Source: Patellaria atrata CBS 101060 (Eukaryota). Taken from it: 64,000 nucleotides of DNA. Made by a program: the position numbers and the translations under genes. This document shows positions 47,182 through 58,822 of this stretch, in pieces. Under the pieces are notes generated by a model, which saw nothing but the letters and a program-made list of their open reading frames with translations, did no database searches and was not told where the DNA came from. Each line of letters begins with the position of its first letter. Positions within the stretch are counted from its first letter, which is position 1. The DNA is taken from contig MU006098.1 in the NCBI GenBank assembly GCA_010093705.1, positions 820,666 to 884,665 of the forward strand, read 5' to 3'.

Positions 47182-47216
47182 GGGCTGGGCTGGGCTGGGC
47201 TGGGCTGGGCTGAGCT
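47182..47216 (+). repeat. Pentanucleotide microsatellite (GGGCT)6
   Basis: gggct x6 followed by gagct. Confidence 0.9.
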
Positions 47217-47236
47217 GTTGATCTTGCTCCTCGACT

Positions 47237-47869
47237 TTACCACACTCCCCCCCGGCCCCCCCTGGGCCGGTCCTTTTCTTGACGTTTGGGGTCTGAGATT
47301 TGAGATTTGAGACCCCTCACGTCCTTGGAGATCCGGCCTGCCCTCGCTCGCGGCTCTTCCTGCTCCTTAGGTCGTTTCGAAGATGTCGTGGGCGTCTCTT
47401 TCGAGGACATCTGTCGATTTGGGTTGCGAGAGTCGAGAGCAGGTGGATTGCGCAATGAGTCGTTCTCGTGCGGTGACTCGAGGTGAGGCGGATTGAGATG
47501 GGGAGAGTTACGGAGGGGATGGGTTTCGTAGGGTGATTTTAGGAGTGGGGAGTCCAGGTAGGGGGAGTTGCGCAGGGGATGGGTCTCGTAGGGGGAGTTA
47601 CGGAGGGGATGGTTTTCGTAGGGCGATTTTAGCAGTGGAGAGTTCTCATATGGCGACTTGAAAAGAGGATGTTTCTCAGAAGGTGAGGTGAGAGCCTTGG
47701 ACTGGGGTTGGAGCTTATTTCGGCCGCTCATATTGGCTTTGATACAGCTTTTTGCGAGGGGAGTAGAGGATGAGGACGTGGAGAGTAGGTTCATGGAGGT
47801 TGAAGTCGTCGAGACGTTTATCGCACAGGACCCTGCTGGAGAGGAAGCAGATACTGGATGTTGGAACAT
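47237..47869 (-). CDS. Hypothetical protein with eight 10-aa SP[YH]ExxPL[RL][NK] repeats
   Basis: 210-aa ORF. A 30-bp minisatellite at 47447-47686 has units that vary at synonymous positions in this frame (Ser TCG/TCC/TCA/TCT, Arg CGT/CGC). Confidence 0.5.
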   Translation of the reverse strand: MFQHPVSASSPAGSCAINVSTTSTSMNLLSTSSSSTPLAKSCIKANMSGRNKLQPQSKALTSPSEKHPLFKSPYENSPLLKSPYENHPLRNSPYETHPLRNSPYLDSPLLKSPYETHPLRNSPHLNPPHLESPHENDSLRNPPALDSRNPNRQMSSKETPTTSSKRPKEQEEPRARAGRISKDVRGLKSQISDPKRQEKDRPRGGRGGVW

Positions 47870-49036
47870 GGAACAGTATTACATAAGTAGCATCTAATTG
47901 GTTGCTGACGAAAGGGGAGAATTGAATCCCGCATCTCTAAGGAGAGATAGACTTTGTGTCCTGGAATCTTTGCATAGAGATAGGCATCTACAATCAGAGA
48001 GCAAGTTCGTTCACGCACATCAGGGCATTATTAGAACTGTAGACTGTGCTTAAATACCCTTTCATTAATACCCTATAAACACCCCATTTTCCAAAATTCA
48101 CGGTTCATACTGGACCGGAGCGGCCAACAAGCCCATACATCACTTCGTTCCAGCGCCCTCTACACGACGCATGGTAGAGATATAAGATGAAATAGGGGAA
48201 GAGAGATGGAGAGTATGTGAGGAACGGAGGAAGGGGATACACAGGTGGAGATGGGAATGAAGAATTTGGACGGAAGAGATGGGGAAGAGAGATAGTTGTT
48301 AATTGAATGAGTGGTTTATTAGTTTTAGAGAAGATTAGAGATGATTGATTTATAGAGAAAGAGAAGAAGATGAGGTTCAGGAATAGAAACATTGATGGAA
48401 AGCACAGTAAAAAAACACAGAAACTAGAGAGCGTGACTACTAGACACTACGCATTTGCTTTTTGCATCGCGCATCATACAACGGAAAGAAAATATCCAGT
48501 CCATCTTTCCTTCATTACCTCCATCCCAAATGAACAATTCCGAATGAAAAATTAGAACGCCTAACAGTCCAGTGACAGAAAAAGAGATAACCACGGCAAG
48601 AAAAATGATCAGGAGTCGTATATCTCCGATGATTTTGTGCGCAGGGCAGTCTCAATACCGCTTACGCATTTGACTCAATTATGATACCTGACGGGAACTC
48701 GGTATCGTATGCAATTTTGATAAGGCAACCTTAGACTTTTGGTGGTATTGCAGGTAGTGAGTAAGGTATGCACGCACCCACTTCCTTTCTTGTTAGGTAC
48801 GATAACTGTCTAGTGGCAAGAAACGACAGCTCTGCCCTTATTGGAAATGTTCCCCAAGAAATTTCCAGATTCTTCGCGAATACCACCGTACGGACCTTAC
48901 TTCTAGGTTATGACTCGCTTGGAGACATTTAGCGTTATGATACATCTCCACGTACAGCGCCAGATGCCTTATGTAATGAATCTCACAGATATAGAGATCT
49001 GTCCACCTTTTGTATTCGGTGTAATAGACGAGGAGC

Positions 49037-52000
49037 TCATAGCACGTCCCAGATACTTCTTGTGATTGGGCTTCCACCTGTCAAGACCGGACTTCTTGGA
49101 TCCTCATCAACTTTTAGCTTCTCTTCTTCTTCTTTGGTAGTCAATGTCAGAGGTTGTAAATGGGAATCGTGTTTTTTCACTTCGGTAGGTAGATCAAGAT
49201 GAAATGGGTTCTTCGTGAACTCGGTCGCTCTTGGGCTCATTAATGTCTCCTCAAGTGCTGAAGCATCCGACTGAGGTGATAGATTTGGCGATCGATGCGG
49301 AAGAGTCGCCTCAATCTCAGTCTGTAGCTTATGTAACCGAAGCTTCTCAGCCATATTTGGCGAACTGAATCTCGGACGGAGCATGCGTGGCTGTGGGGGA
49401 GTGTTGAGATGGGCATGCGATGCAGATGGACGCAATTTACGAGGGGTGGGGGAAGGGGGTGAAGGGGCACGTCGCCTAGGTTGAGGTGGTGGAGGTGATG
49501 AGGTGGTGATAGGTTCCAAAACTCGGGGAACTGTAGGTTGCGTAGTAGGAGCGAAGTTGAGAGAGCCAAACGCCTGTGGTTGCGCTGAAGTTATGGCATT
49601 ACTTGGTGGTGCGAAGCTCTGAATATGAGCAATCGGATGAGACACTTCGGGCTCAGGTCTTGGAGGGGACGCATTTCGACCAAAGAAGGACTGTCCAAAC
49701 GGATCCTTAGGAAATTCTGTTGTCAACGGTGAAGTAAGTCCAAAGTCATCATCTTTGTCCTCATGCTTTAGAGGTGCCATGTGGAACTCTGCTGAAGCTG
49801 GAGATTCTACCGTTGGTGAGCCAGCTTCATAGAATGAAACTGGAGATGATGCAACATTCTCGAAAGGATTCTTTGGGAATTCCATCGAAGTTGGAGATAG
49901 CAAACCGAATGGATCACTAGTCTCCTCCGATGGCTGTAACCCATGCATAGCAAATTCCTCTTGGCGCGGGGAGAAGAGTGGTGGCTCGAATGAGGGTGCT
50001 CCATATGCGGGTACTTCTACATGTCTAGCCGCAAAAGACAATTTGGGGATATTGAACTCAGTTGCTCTCGGAGAGGTAAGACCAAAAGAATCCTCTAGCT
50101 CATGATCCTTTATACCGGTCATGGAGAACTCGGTGGCTCTTGGAGACATCAATGATGGCCGTTCAGCCTCTGTCATGACCTTGTCCTCATCCTTGTTCTC
50201 ATCCTGACTTCTCCGTAATCGAAGTTGACGTGAGAAGTTTGGTATTGGTGAGGTATGTTTTTTGGCCGCAGGAATATCTTCCATTTTAGACTCAAGAGGG
50301 GATGGGTCTTGAACAACTTTCAATATTGGAACTACATGACCTTTGGGATCTACGTAAGGAGTCTCCGTCGTCAAGGGAAATGGAGATGGTGGTAGGTCGA
50401 AACCAGTCTGACTTGATCCCCATGAACGGCGGAATGAAGGGGCCGATGGAGCGAACGAAAACTGAGATGGTGCAGAAAGAGGTCCCGGAGAGATTGCTCC
50501 CATATTACCGGTACTCGCTCTTTGAGGAGAAATATCAGAGTTCTCCGGAGGCAAAGGAGCTGTACGAGGAGTGCGTGAACCAGAAGACATCTCCATATCG
50601 AATGGTGACGATCTTGGGTAACTACCTGCTGTCGCTGAAGATAGATTTGATCGAGGAATACCGAGGCCATAAACATTGCTATGACCATTTTGCCTAAGGA
50701 GACCATTTCTGAATTCTTGCAATTGCATGATTAAATTCATGTTGGGAGCGATCCATTTGCTTCGCTTTTTCACTGCATCATACGCTTCCTGAACGCTGAT
50801 GTCTGGATTCTTATAGATGCCATACGCAACAATCAAGCTTGCAGATCTGCTCACACCGCATTGACAGTGAACCAACACTTTCTTGCCCTTTTGTACTCGC
50901 TCATCTATTGATTTTACTAGCGTGTATAGATCGGCGACGATATCAGTGTTGTGCTCCCACGGTATATGAATGTATTCTGGTTTAGCCGTAGTTGCGGGCC
51001 TTACTGCTTGTGTTTCGTTCACTTGTGTTGCCTTAGGAGTAGTCGGCGTGTCACTTTGTTGACTTTCACTTTCATCGATAGATACTCGAGGTAGGGCCGC
51101 GAAATCAACTATTTTAGGGGCTTGTACCATCTCCGGGGCCATGGTAGCTTGTATCCTCTCGAATTCCACGTCAATCTTGCTTTCTGATTCTCCAGATTCT
51201 AGAACGGTGTATGGATTCTTTACTTCACTAGCGACATTGAAGATCACGTCAAACTGGGAAGCTACTTCAGCTGAAGGCTCGAAATATAAGAACACGCCCG
51301 ATTCATAAATTCGTATTGGACCGTCTGGATATGAGTCAGGCTTTTCTTCCCTAGATTGAGGAATGTCAAAGTTGGGTTCTGGTTCTTCCTCATCTTCCAT
51401 TGGGATCTCTGCAAAACCGTGCGGAGGAGGTTTTTGGACACGTAGTGGCGGAAATTTCATACCTCCTTCAGGAGCAACACTTGGAGACATCAAGGGGAGT
51501 GATGGAGACGACTGGAAGTGCCTCAACATATTCGGCCGCTTAAAGGAAGGTGTCGGAGGAATGGCCAAGCTCAGACTTCCATGTCCAGGTGTCTGAATAG
51601 TTAATCCTAGTGCACTTGGTCTTCGTTTTGGAGGTGTGGGGGGCTTCACAAAGGATGGGGATGTGGGGGCGGAGGAGGAAGTCTCGTTTGTTGATATTTG
51701 AGGAAGCGCTGCTGATTTTAGAGGTTTTCCAAGATTCGAGGCGCTTAACGTGTTAACTGCAAGGCCTTTCAAATTTCGTGCCTTCTTGGCTGGTGTTGTT
51801 GGCCTTTGCATTTCGAAAAATGGGGCTGCTGATGGAGTTATTTGGTTCTTTTCCATTTCTCGTAATCGCATGCTATCCGCAACGAACGAAGAAGGGGACA
51901 TTTTGGAATGTGGAGACTCGGGAGATGGTCCAGGAGAAGGCTCTGTCATCGAAGATGAATCAACAGTGGAAATTGTTGTTGTTGGAGACGAATCCGAGGA

Positions 52001-52480
52001 TTCTGAAGCCGATGTTGATGTGCTGTCCCGATGTTGGTGAAATACAGAGAAGGCGGAGTTGGATGTAACCGCGTTGTTGTTATGGGTTATAGTGCCATTG
52101 CTAGCTGGCCTCTTGAGGTGCTTCCCGTCTCTTTGATTTTCAGCCGCATGGTGCTCATTATATTCACTTAACCCACGCGTGTTTGCCTCTTCACCAAAAA
52201 CCGACATGAATGATGGAATCGGCGAAGCAAACTGCCTCGAACCAGTTTGCATTGACACGCTGGATGTGTGTTGGCTCGAATTTTTTCTGCGTTTCTCCGA
52301 GTCACGAGAACTTCGTCTTCGAATCGGGTAGATAGTACGTCCGTGGTTGTGCGATATGTGTGAAGGCCTCGAAGATTCGATCTTTTTACCGGGAATGGGG
52401 TGATTAGAAGAAATATCTGCGGGAAAGGACCTTTTCAAGGTAGGGCTGTCAGCTTCTTGCATGATGAGCATTGTTGTCAT
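49037..52480 (-). CDS. MSG5: Dual-specificity (MAP kinase) phosphatase, Msg5/Pmp1-like
   Basis: YPDGPIRIYESGVFLY..FDVIFNVASEV; EYIHIPWEHN; catalytic VLVHCQCGVSRSASLIVAY; PNMNLIMQL; basic-LxL docking-like motifs (KKARNLKGLAV). 1147-aa intronless ORF. Orthology to MSG5 is inferred. Confidence 0.88.
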   Translation of the reverse strand: MTTMLIMQEADSPTLKRSFPADISSNHPIPGKKIESSRPSHISHNHGRTIYPIRRRSSRDSEKRRKNSSQHTSSVSMQTGSRQFASPIPSFMSVFGEEANTRGLSEYNEHHAAENQRDGKHLKRPASNGTITHNNNAVTSNSAFSVFHQHRDSTSTSASESSDSSPTTTISTVDSSSMTEPSPGPSPESPHSKMSPSSFVADSMRLREMEKNQITPSAAPFFEMQRPTTPAKKARNLKGLAVNTLSASNLGKPLKSAALPQISTNETSSSAPTSPSFVKPPTPPKRRPSALGLTIQTPGHGSLSLAIPPTPSFKRPNMLRHFQSSPSLPLMSPSVAPEGGMKFPPLRVQKPPPHGFAEIPMEDEEEPEPNFDIPQSREEKPDSYPDGPIRIYESGVFLYFEPSAEVASQFDVIFNVASEVKNPYTVLESGESESKIDVEFERIQATMAPEMVQAPKIVDFAALPRVSIDESESQQSDTPTTPKATQVNETQAVRPATTAKPEYIHIPWEHNTDIVADLYTLVKSIDERVQKGKKVLVHCQCGVSRSASLIVAYGIYKNPDISVQEAYDAVKKRSKWIAPNMNLIMQLQEFRNGLLRQNGHSNVYGLGIPRSNLSSATAGSYPRSSPFDMEMSSGSRTPRTAPLPPENSDISPQRASTGNMGAISPGPLSAPSQFSFAPSAPSFRRSWGSSQTGFDLPPSPFPLTTETPYVDPKGHVVPILKVVQDPSPLESKMEDIPAAKKHTSPIPNFSRQLRLRRSQDENKDEDKVMTEAERPSLMSPRATEFSMTGIKDHELEDSFGLTSPRATEFNIPKLSFAARHVEVPAYGAPSFEPPLFSPRQEEFAMHGLQPSEETSDPFGLLSPTSMEFPKNPFENVASSPVSFYEAGSPTVESPASAEFHMAPLKHEDKDDDFGLTSPLTTEFPKDPFGQSFFGRNASPPRPEPEVSHPIAHIQSFAPPSNAITSAQPQAFGSLNFAPTTQPTVPRVLEPITTSSPPPPQPRRRAPSPPSPTPRKLRPSASHAHLNTPPQPRMLRPRFSSPNMAEKLRLHKLQTEIEATLPHRSPNLSPQSDASALEETLMSPRATEFTKNPFHLDLPTEVKKHDSHLQPLTLTTKEEEEKLKVDEDPRSPVLTGGSPITRSIWDVL

Positions 52481-55400
52481 GGTGTGGCTAGAGTTGAAGA
52501 ATGTTTACTGATAAGGAAAGGAATAGAGATTGAGTGTGAGTATTGGGGACAGCGTGAGGACCTTGAGAAGAATACTGGTCTGTATCTTCTAACACTCATA
52601 GCAGTGCTACAAGGTGTAGGATGTTACGATGCACATGTTGGTGTTTCGAATCATAGAGCATCAGATGGGAAGTGAGAAGGGTGATGGAGCGTAGGTAACA
52701 GTTCGAGGAAGAAAAAGGTTATGCCTTGGAGGTACGCACCGTATGCCAGTTACGCGGTTCGGTATATTGGAACTATTGAAACGAGATACCAGATCTCGAC
52801 TAAGCGCTTAAAAGAGTGACTGGCCAGGCGATGCGCCTGAGTGGTGAGGTAGGCGCAATAGATGAAGCAATTCGAACCAAATAGACGTCGATTGTCGAAC
52901 GTATACACTCCTTAACTATCTTACAACTCCAGAAGAGTAGCACAGATTGATCTCTGAGGGCTACAACTACGTGTATCTTTGTCGTTGAGAAAGGACGAAA
53001 GAAGACGAGAAGTAGATGGAGGTGAGGTGTCAAAGGCGGCCAGGACGGCTCAGAGTCCGTGAGGTTTGGCGCTGTGGATGATATACATGCAAAAGGAAAA
53101 GGTGAGAAATTGTGGAAATGGGTTCGTAGGATGCGAAAAAAAGGCCGTGAAGTCGTGCAAGTTGGCGGCGCAAAAGACGTGAGTGAGGAGTTGGAGAAGC
53201 CGTTCTAGCGTCTACTCGCAGTCGAACAGTCGAATGGCGAGGGTAGAGGGGGATCTAGTGGATCTAGTGGACCTAGTAGGGCTAGTGCAAAGCCATGGCG
53301 GCTGGAAGTTTGACCTGGATCCAATCACGACACATGGATCTGATGCCTGTTGTTCTATATATATAACACTCTTGAACAGACCAACGACGCTTTACGGTGG
53401 GCACCGAATATGCAGAAGAATTATTATCATTCTCCTGTTCCCAGACCCTACACCATAAAGGGCACCGTGCCCTTGGAGAAAAAGGAATCGCAAAGACGAG
53501 ACAAGTCGCAACATGATTGGCTTACGATCGACTTCTTTCAGTGCCATACACACACCCTCGAGGCCTAACTCCTGGGGGGGTTGTGGTTCGAGGGGCAAGG
53601 GAGAGGTCGCCTTCGAATCTGATCTAAGAGAAGATCCGCAATTCTTTGCAGGATTTCCCCTCGGTTCGTCGCTCAGGTAACCTACTGTACTCTCAGGTTC
53701 TTTGTATCTAAATTTTTACGACTTTCAGACGTCCTGTGGTTTACCTTTGATTTCCTAGTGGCGAGGAAGCGCAGACAAAGACGTAAGGAACAGCTTAGCT
53801 CTGGATAACCGCTCTCGGAGAATATGCACCACTCTCGTTATTGCTATTTTTACGCGGTCCAGGAGCCTGAATACGACCGCCGGACCAGCAACTACCACGC
53901 AAGGACAGCTCATCTCAATCAGCAAATACTGGAGACTTGACTCAAATACATCGTAAAACAATTGTACTGTCCTGTACCACCATCGCGAACCGCTATCTAG
54001 CATTATGAGACTCGGTATCCAACAAGATCTGGAGCTGAAATAATTCTTTGAACTTTAAGTACGGAACTCTTTCACCAGCTCATCTTGCTCTGGGTAATAC
54101 ACAACAGGTGAATCCAACCGGCATCCTCCATTATTCCCCCCCTGCGCGTCTATATAACCTCACAGGCTCACACAAACTGTTACAGTGCTAATTCTGTCTC
54201 ATTAAGCTCTATTTCCAGATAATCATGCAAAAGATTTCCATAAACTATCTCTCTAATTTATGACAAGGCCCAAGAAGTTCGAAGAAAATCTAGACGCTCT
54301 ATCTGCTATCCACTCTTATCAAGTCTCTCTTATTACTTTCCAAATCCCTGTCGTCAAAGTACATTCATATATCTAGTTTCAATGATAATGATTCCACCAA
54401 GAATCATCATATATCTTGTTTCATCAATATCAATCCGTAAACTTGTATTTTGTGTCGTACTTACAGTACATGCACGTGCATAGAGATTTTGAAATTTCTC
54501 GAGGTCTTTCTTCTACCATAATCAACAAGTCGTTCCGAATAGCGGACACTAAGAATGCAACAAGTTTCCCGTGGATGGCGACACATGTGAAACCAGTAGT
54601 ATCTGCAGAAATCTGCATTTAGTTCCCTAAAACATGAGGACTTCCGTACCCTTGGAAAGAGTGTCTTACTGACTTCAGATTTCACAGTCTCTAGGGTAGA
54701 GCAATAGAATTCCATTCCGACCAGGTAATATACGGAAGATCCGGGAGTGAATCAGTCTCTTGTAAACTGAGATCTTCGGTAACGCTTGAGACGGTTTGTA
54801 CTATGTTCCAGTTGGAAGGTGATTACGTATCAAATATCTCTCGGCTTCACAAACACGACAGACCACACCGTACCTCTATCTACTAGTATTGGTAATGGTC
54901 TGAGAATCAATTATAACTCGTAGGTAAGTGGGATCATTTAAGGAGACGCATTAGATCCTGGTTCTCCTTGCCTGTATATCGGCTGGAAATACTAACTTGT
55001 TAACGATTTCGTACTAATGTAAGGCTTCAGAAAACTGAGCCACTCTGTCAGAATAAGACAATCGCCTTAACAAAGCATTGCCGGCGTCTATGGCGGCGTT
55101 GAAGACAGATATTGTTTGAAAGCGGCCCCTCAGAAGCGTAATTTGGCTGTAGCAGTGCCTCGTGCTTATGATGGATTTAGCATCATCTCAGGAACAGGAA
55201 TGCATGATATGACGGTCATATTATTCTCAGAGCACCTTAATACATCCTAAACGAGTAGTCAGTTGCAGAACCGAGGTCCTTGGGACATAAAACAAAGATG
55301 AGGCTCTTCTCTTACACAATCCGCTGGCTCCGTTTTCGGTGCGTTCCCGGGTAATGCGGTCGGATTAGTCAAAGCGCACGCACCTGTTAGATTGCTTGGA

Positions 55401-55557
55401 GCATTTGCGCAGTTTGCTAAAATTTGTTAAAATCCTCGCTTATTGCACGGGTCCGTGCACGTCCACACGCAACATTTCGAGATTGGATTTGACGACGACG
55501 ACAAAGGTTGAACTCTACTCACCTACTAACCTCTACAGCAACAATCCATCCGCAAAA

Positions 55558-56939
55558 ATGACGACCAGGCCTACTGTCACGGTCATTGGCGCTGATGGCG
55601 CTCCCAGCGATTCTACCCACCCTCTTCCAGAGGTCTTCAAAGTTCCAATCCGCCCAGATATTGTCCAGTACGTTGAGATCGAAATAAGATGGTTTGAAAG
55701 GCAATGGCGATATCTAATCAAACTGTACAGATCCGTTCACACCGGAATTGCGAAGAATAAGAGGCAACCTTATGCCGTGAGCGAGAAGGCTGGTCATCAA
55801 ACCTCCGCCGAGTCCTGGGGAACTGGTTAGTCGATTCTACAACATTGTTCATGAGCTATTCTAGGGGTGGTGTTTCATAATTAGCATTGGGAAGAGACAT
55901 GTCACTATCTTGCTTGATAACTTAGGGATTGGTAATTCGAAAAAGAATGGGTGGCTAACTTTCTATTTCCCAGGTCGCGCTGTCGCCCGTATTCCTCGTG
56001 TCTCTGGTGGTGGTACGCATCGTGCCGGTCAAGCTGCGTTCGGTAACATGTGCCGTTCTGGACGTATGTTCGCTCCCACAAAGGTCTGGAGGAAGTGGCA
56101 TCAGAAGATCAACTTGGGTCAGAAGTGAGTGCTATGAATAAACTCCTCTATAAGCAACCTCCTAACAAGTGTACAGGCGATTCGCAACTGCTTCAGCCCT
56201 GGCTGCATCTTCAAGCCCGGCTCTACTTCTAGCCCGTGGTCACAGCGTTACATCCGTCCCTGAAGTTCCCCTCGTTGTCTCTAGCACCGCTTTCTCTGGC
56301 GCTGCCATTGCCAAGACCTCCGCCGCACTCGCTCTCCTTAAGGCTGTTGGTGCTGGCGCAGACGTTGACCGCGTGAGGGCGTCCCGCAAGTTGCGCGCTG
56401 GTAAGGGTAAACTCCGAGGCCGCCGCCACCGTCAACGCCGTGGACCACTCGTCGTCTACAACCCGGTGGAAGACGGTAGAGATCTCGTCAAGGCCTTCCG
56501 CAACATTCCCGGCGTGGAGACCTCATCCGTCTACTCGCTCAACCTCCTCCAGCTCGCTCCAGGTGGTCATCTCGGTCGCTTCATCGTCTGGACCTCTGCT
56601 GCGTTCAAGGCGCTCGACACTATCTATGGCACTACTACCGAGCCCTCGGCGCTCAAGAAGAACTTCCTCCTTCCATCCGCTCTCGTCACCCAGCCAGATA
56701 TCGGCAAACTTATCAACTCGTCTGAAATCCAGACCGTGTTGCGACCAGTACGTGGTGCGGCTATCACGAAGAGGCAGAACGTGCAGAAGAAGAACCCGCT
56801 TGTCAACAAGCAAGTCCTCCTGAGACTCAATCCGTACGCGGCGGCGTTCAGCAAGGAAAAACTGGGCCAGGCCTCGGTCAAGCAGGATGAGGTCAAGGCG
56901 CCCACGAAGCAGAGTTTGACGCTTCTACATGAGAACTAG
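55558..56939 (+). CDS. RPL4: 60S ribosomal protein L4 (uL4)
   Basis: [67 protein letters not shown]. Introns 55668-55730, 55826-55973, 56125-56176. Confidence 0.98.
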
Positions 56940-57225
56940 GGGGATTGAGGATGGGAGTTTCCTTTGGTTGTTTAGGCGATGCATTAGTCCCGTGAAGGGA
57001 TGGGCTTTCTGTATCTGCAATGACAAATGGCGATTATCGATGTTAATTTGACGTCCCTTGTGTGATCAAGTGACGTGATATACACATCTTCCCTCAAAAA
57101 TGCTGGAAATCCAATCAAAGGTACACCACACTATGCAGATCTGAACCCCTGATTCCTTCCAGCTTAGAGAATCTTCGGACGAAAAACAACACTTGCAAAG
57201 GAGTTCCGAGCCCCACTTCAATTCC

Positions 57226-58372
57226 TTACCTGAACAGTCTCTTCCCCCCGGCCCTACTTGCCGTACTCTCCTTCCCCTGCAAGCTCAGCCCCACAAATCC
57301 CGCCGCCCCACCTTCCCTGTCTTTCTTATACCTCCTCAGGGCCTCCCTCAGATGGTCCGGCAGCAGCGGACCCTTCAGACACTCCCTCGTACGTTGCTCC
57401 AAAGTTTCATCAGGCGGCACGGGTTCGGTGTCACCGGGGTTATTGGGGTAGTTCGGTACGTGTCGGTTCGGCTGGTTCGGGTTGGGACGCCGGTCTGCTG
57501 CGGCGACCCATTCGGCTTGGACGGTACGGGCCATGTCGATGAGTTGGCCGATGAAGACTTTGGTTGAGGCGTTTATGGTTATGATTACGGAGGGGGGAAC
57601 GGATTGGGAGAGGGTTTGGTTTGTGATCTGAGCGGGGAAGGTGTTAGTGTGGAGGTTCATGGTTCGATGTGAGGTAGATGTTGGGGATTGAGGTACCTTT
57701 CGAACGATTTCTTTCTTGAGTTTCACGCGGCGCCACAGCTCGTAGCGTTCGCTTTGGTCTTCGTTGAAGGCGTCGACGAGCATCCTAAGAGATATATGTT
57801 AGCACGTCGACGACTCCTATACACACTACATCCCCGTGATAGTCTACTACTTCGTAATAAATTGAAAATACTCACCTCAAATGCTCCCTCTCCTGCCTCG
57901 CCGCCGCCTCATCCACCTTCTCATCCCCCTCGACCAACAACCCCTCATTGGCATCCACCTCGTCCTCGTCATCCTCTTCCTCCTCGTTATTAGCCGCAGC
58001 ACCATCCTTCTCGCTCCGCCCCGTTGTCGTTCTCGCCTTCTCCCCGTTCACACTGCTCGCAGCATCATCCCCATCATCCCCTTTCTTCTTCTTCCTCTTC
58101 CCCTTCACGCCCACACCGCCCGTCGCGGCACTGATGACACTACCGCCCGCGATGGACGATTCGACAGATGGAGAGCGCGAGTGTTGCTGGAAGTAGGGTA
58201 CGGTGCCGTCGGGTGGGAAGGAGGTTTGACGGAGGGAGGAGGGCCCCGTGGAGGGTTTGCGCCGTTTTGGGTTAGCTACCGGCCCCGGAGGAGCGAGGGA
58301 GGGACGCTTTTTCGGGAGGGAGAGAGTGGGTATGGTTGGGGAGCCCGCATATGAGGGGGGGGAGCTGGCCAT
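57226..58372 (-). CDS. TAF11: TFIID subunit 11 (TAFII28 histone fold)
   Basis: LRQTSFPP; FNEDQSERYELWRRVKLKKEIVRK|ITNQTLSQSVP..TKVFIGQLIDMARTVQ..GPLLPDHLREALRRY. Introns 57785-57875 and 57628-57696. Confidence 0.92.
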
Positions 58373-58822
58373 TGTGAAGATCGAACTGCGATTGTCCCTT
58401 GGTGGAAGGTTGTAGAGCTCGAGACGAACGATACAACGCGTTGGAAGCTCGGTTTCTAGGAGCTTGGTGGTTGTTCTACTGGAGTTAAATGGCAAAGTGG
58501 AACAAGTTATATCTCATGAGAAAGGAATCATGTTGCAGAGGACCGGGAGAGGTGAAAGACGCTTATTGTCGAAATCGAAGCTCGCGTCGAAAGGTTCTCA
58601 TTCACTGGAGAACTAGATTCTGCCACCGCCTTCTCTATGCCTGACCCTGGTGATGTAACGATCTCTAAGCTCTGAGCCTCGAAACTTTTTTGCCGTTCAG
58701 AGATAATGTAGTCATGTAGTTCCATCTCTCCATAGAAAAGCAATTCAAGCTTCTAGTCCAACCTCTCACTCATCCAATTCTATCACCTTAACCGTCGTGA
58801 TACAACGATCAGCCAAACCACA

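Noticed and set aside
43122..47686. CRISPR-like arrays
   Set aside because: The repeats are head-to-tail with no unique spacers, the context is eukaryotic, and there are no cas genes.
55826..55973. Intronic snoRNA in the long RPL4 intron
   Set aside because: No C box (RUGAUGA)/D box pair or convincing H/ACA layout seen.
57628..57696. 23-aa insertion in the TAF11 histone fold
   Set aside because: Canonical 69-nt intron (GTACCT..CACTAAC..CAG) read through by the ORF track.
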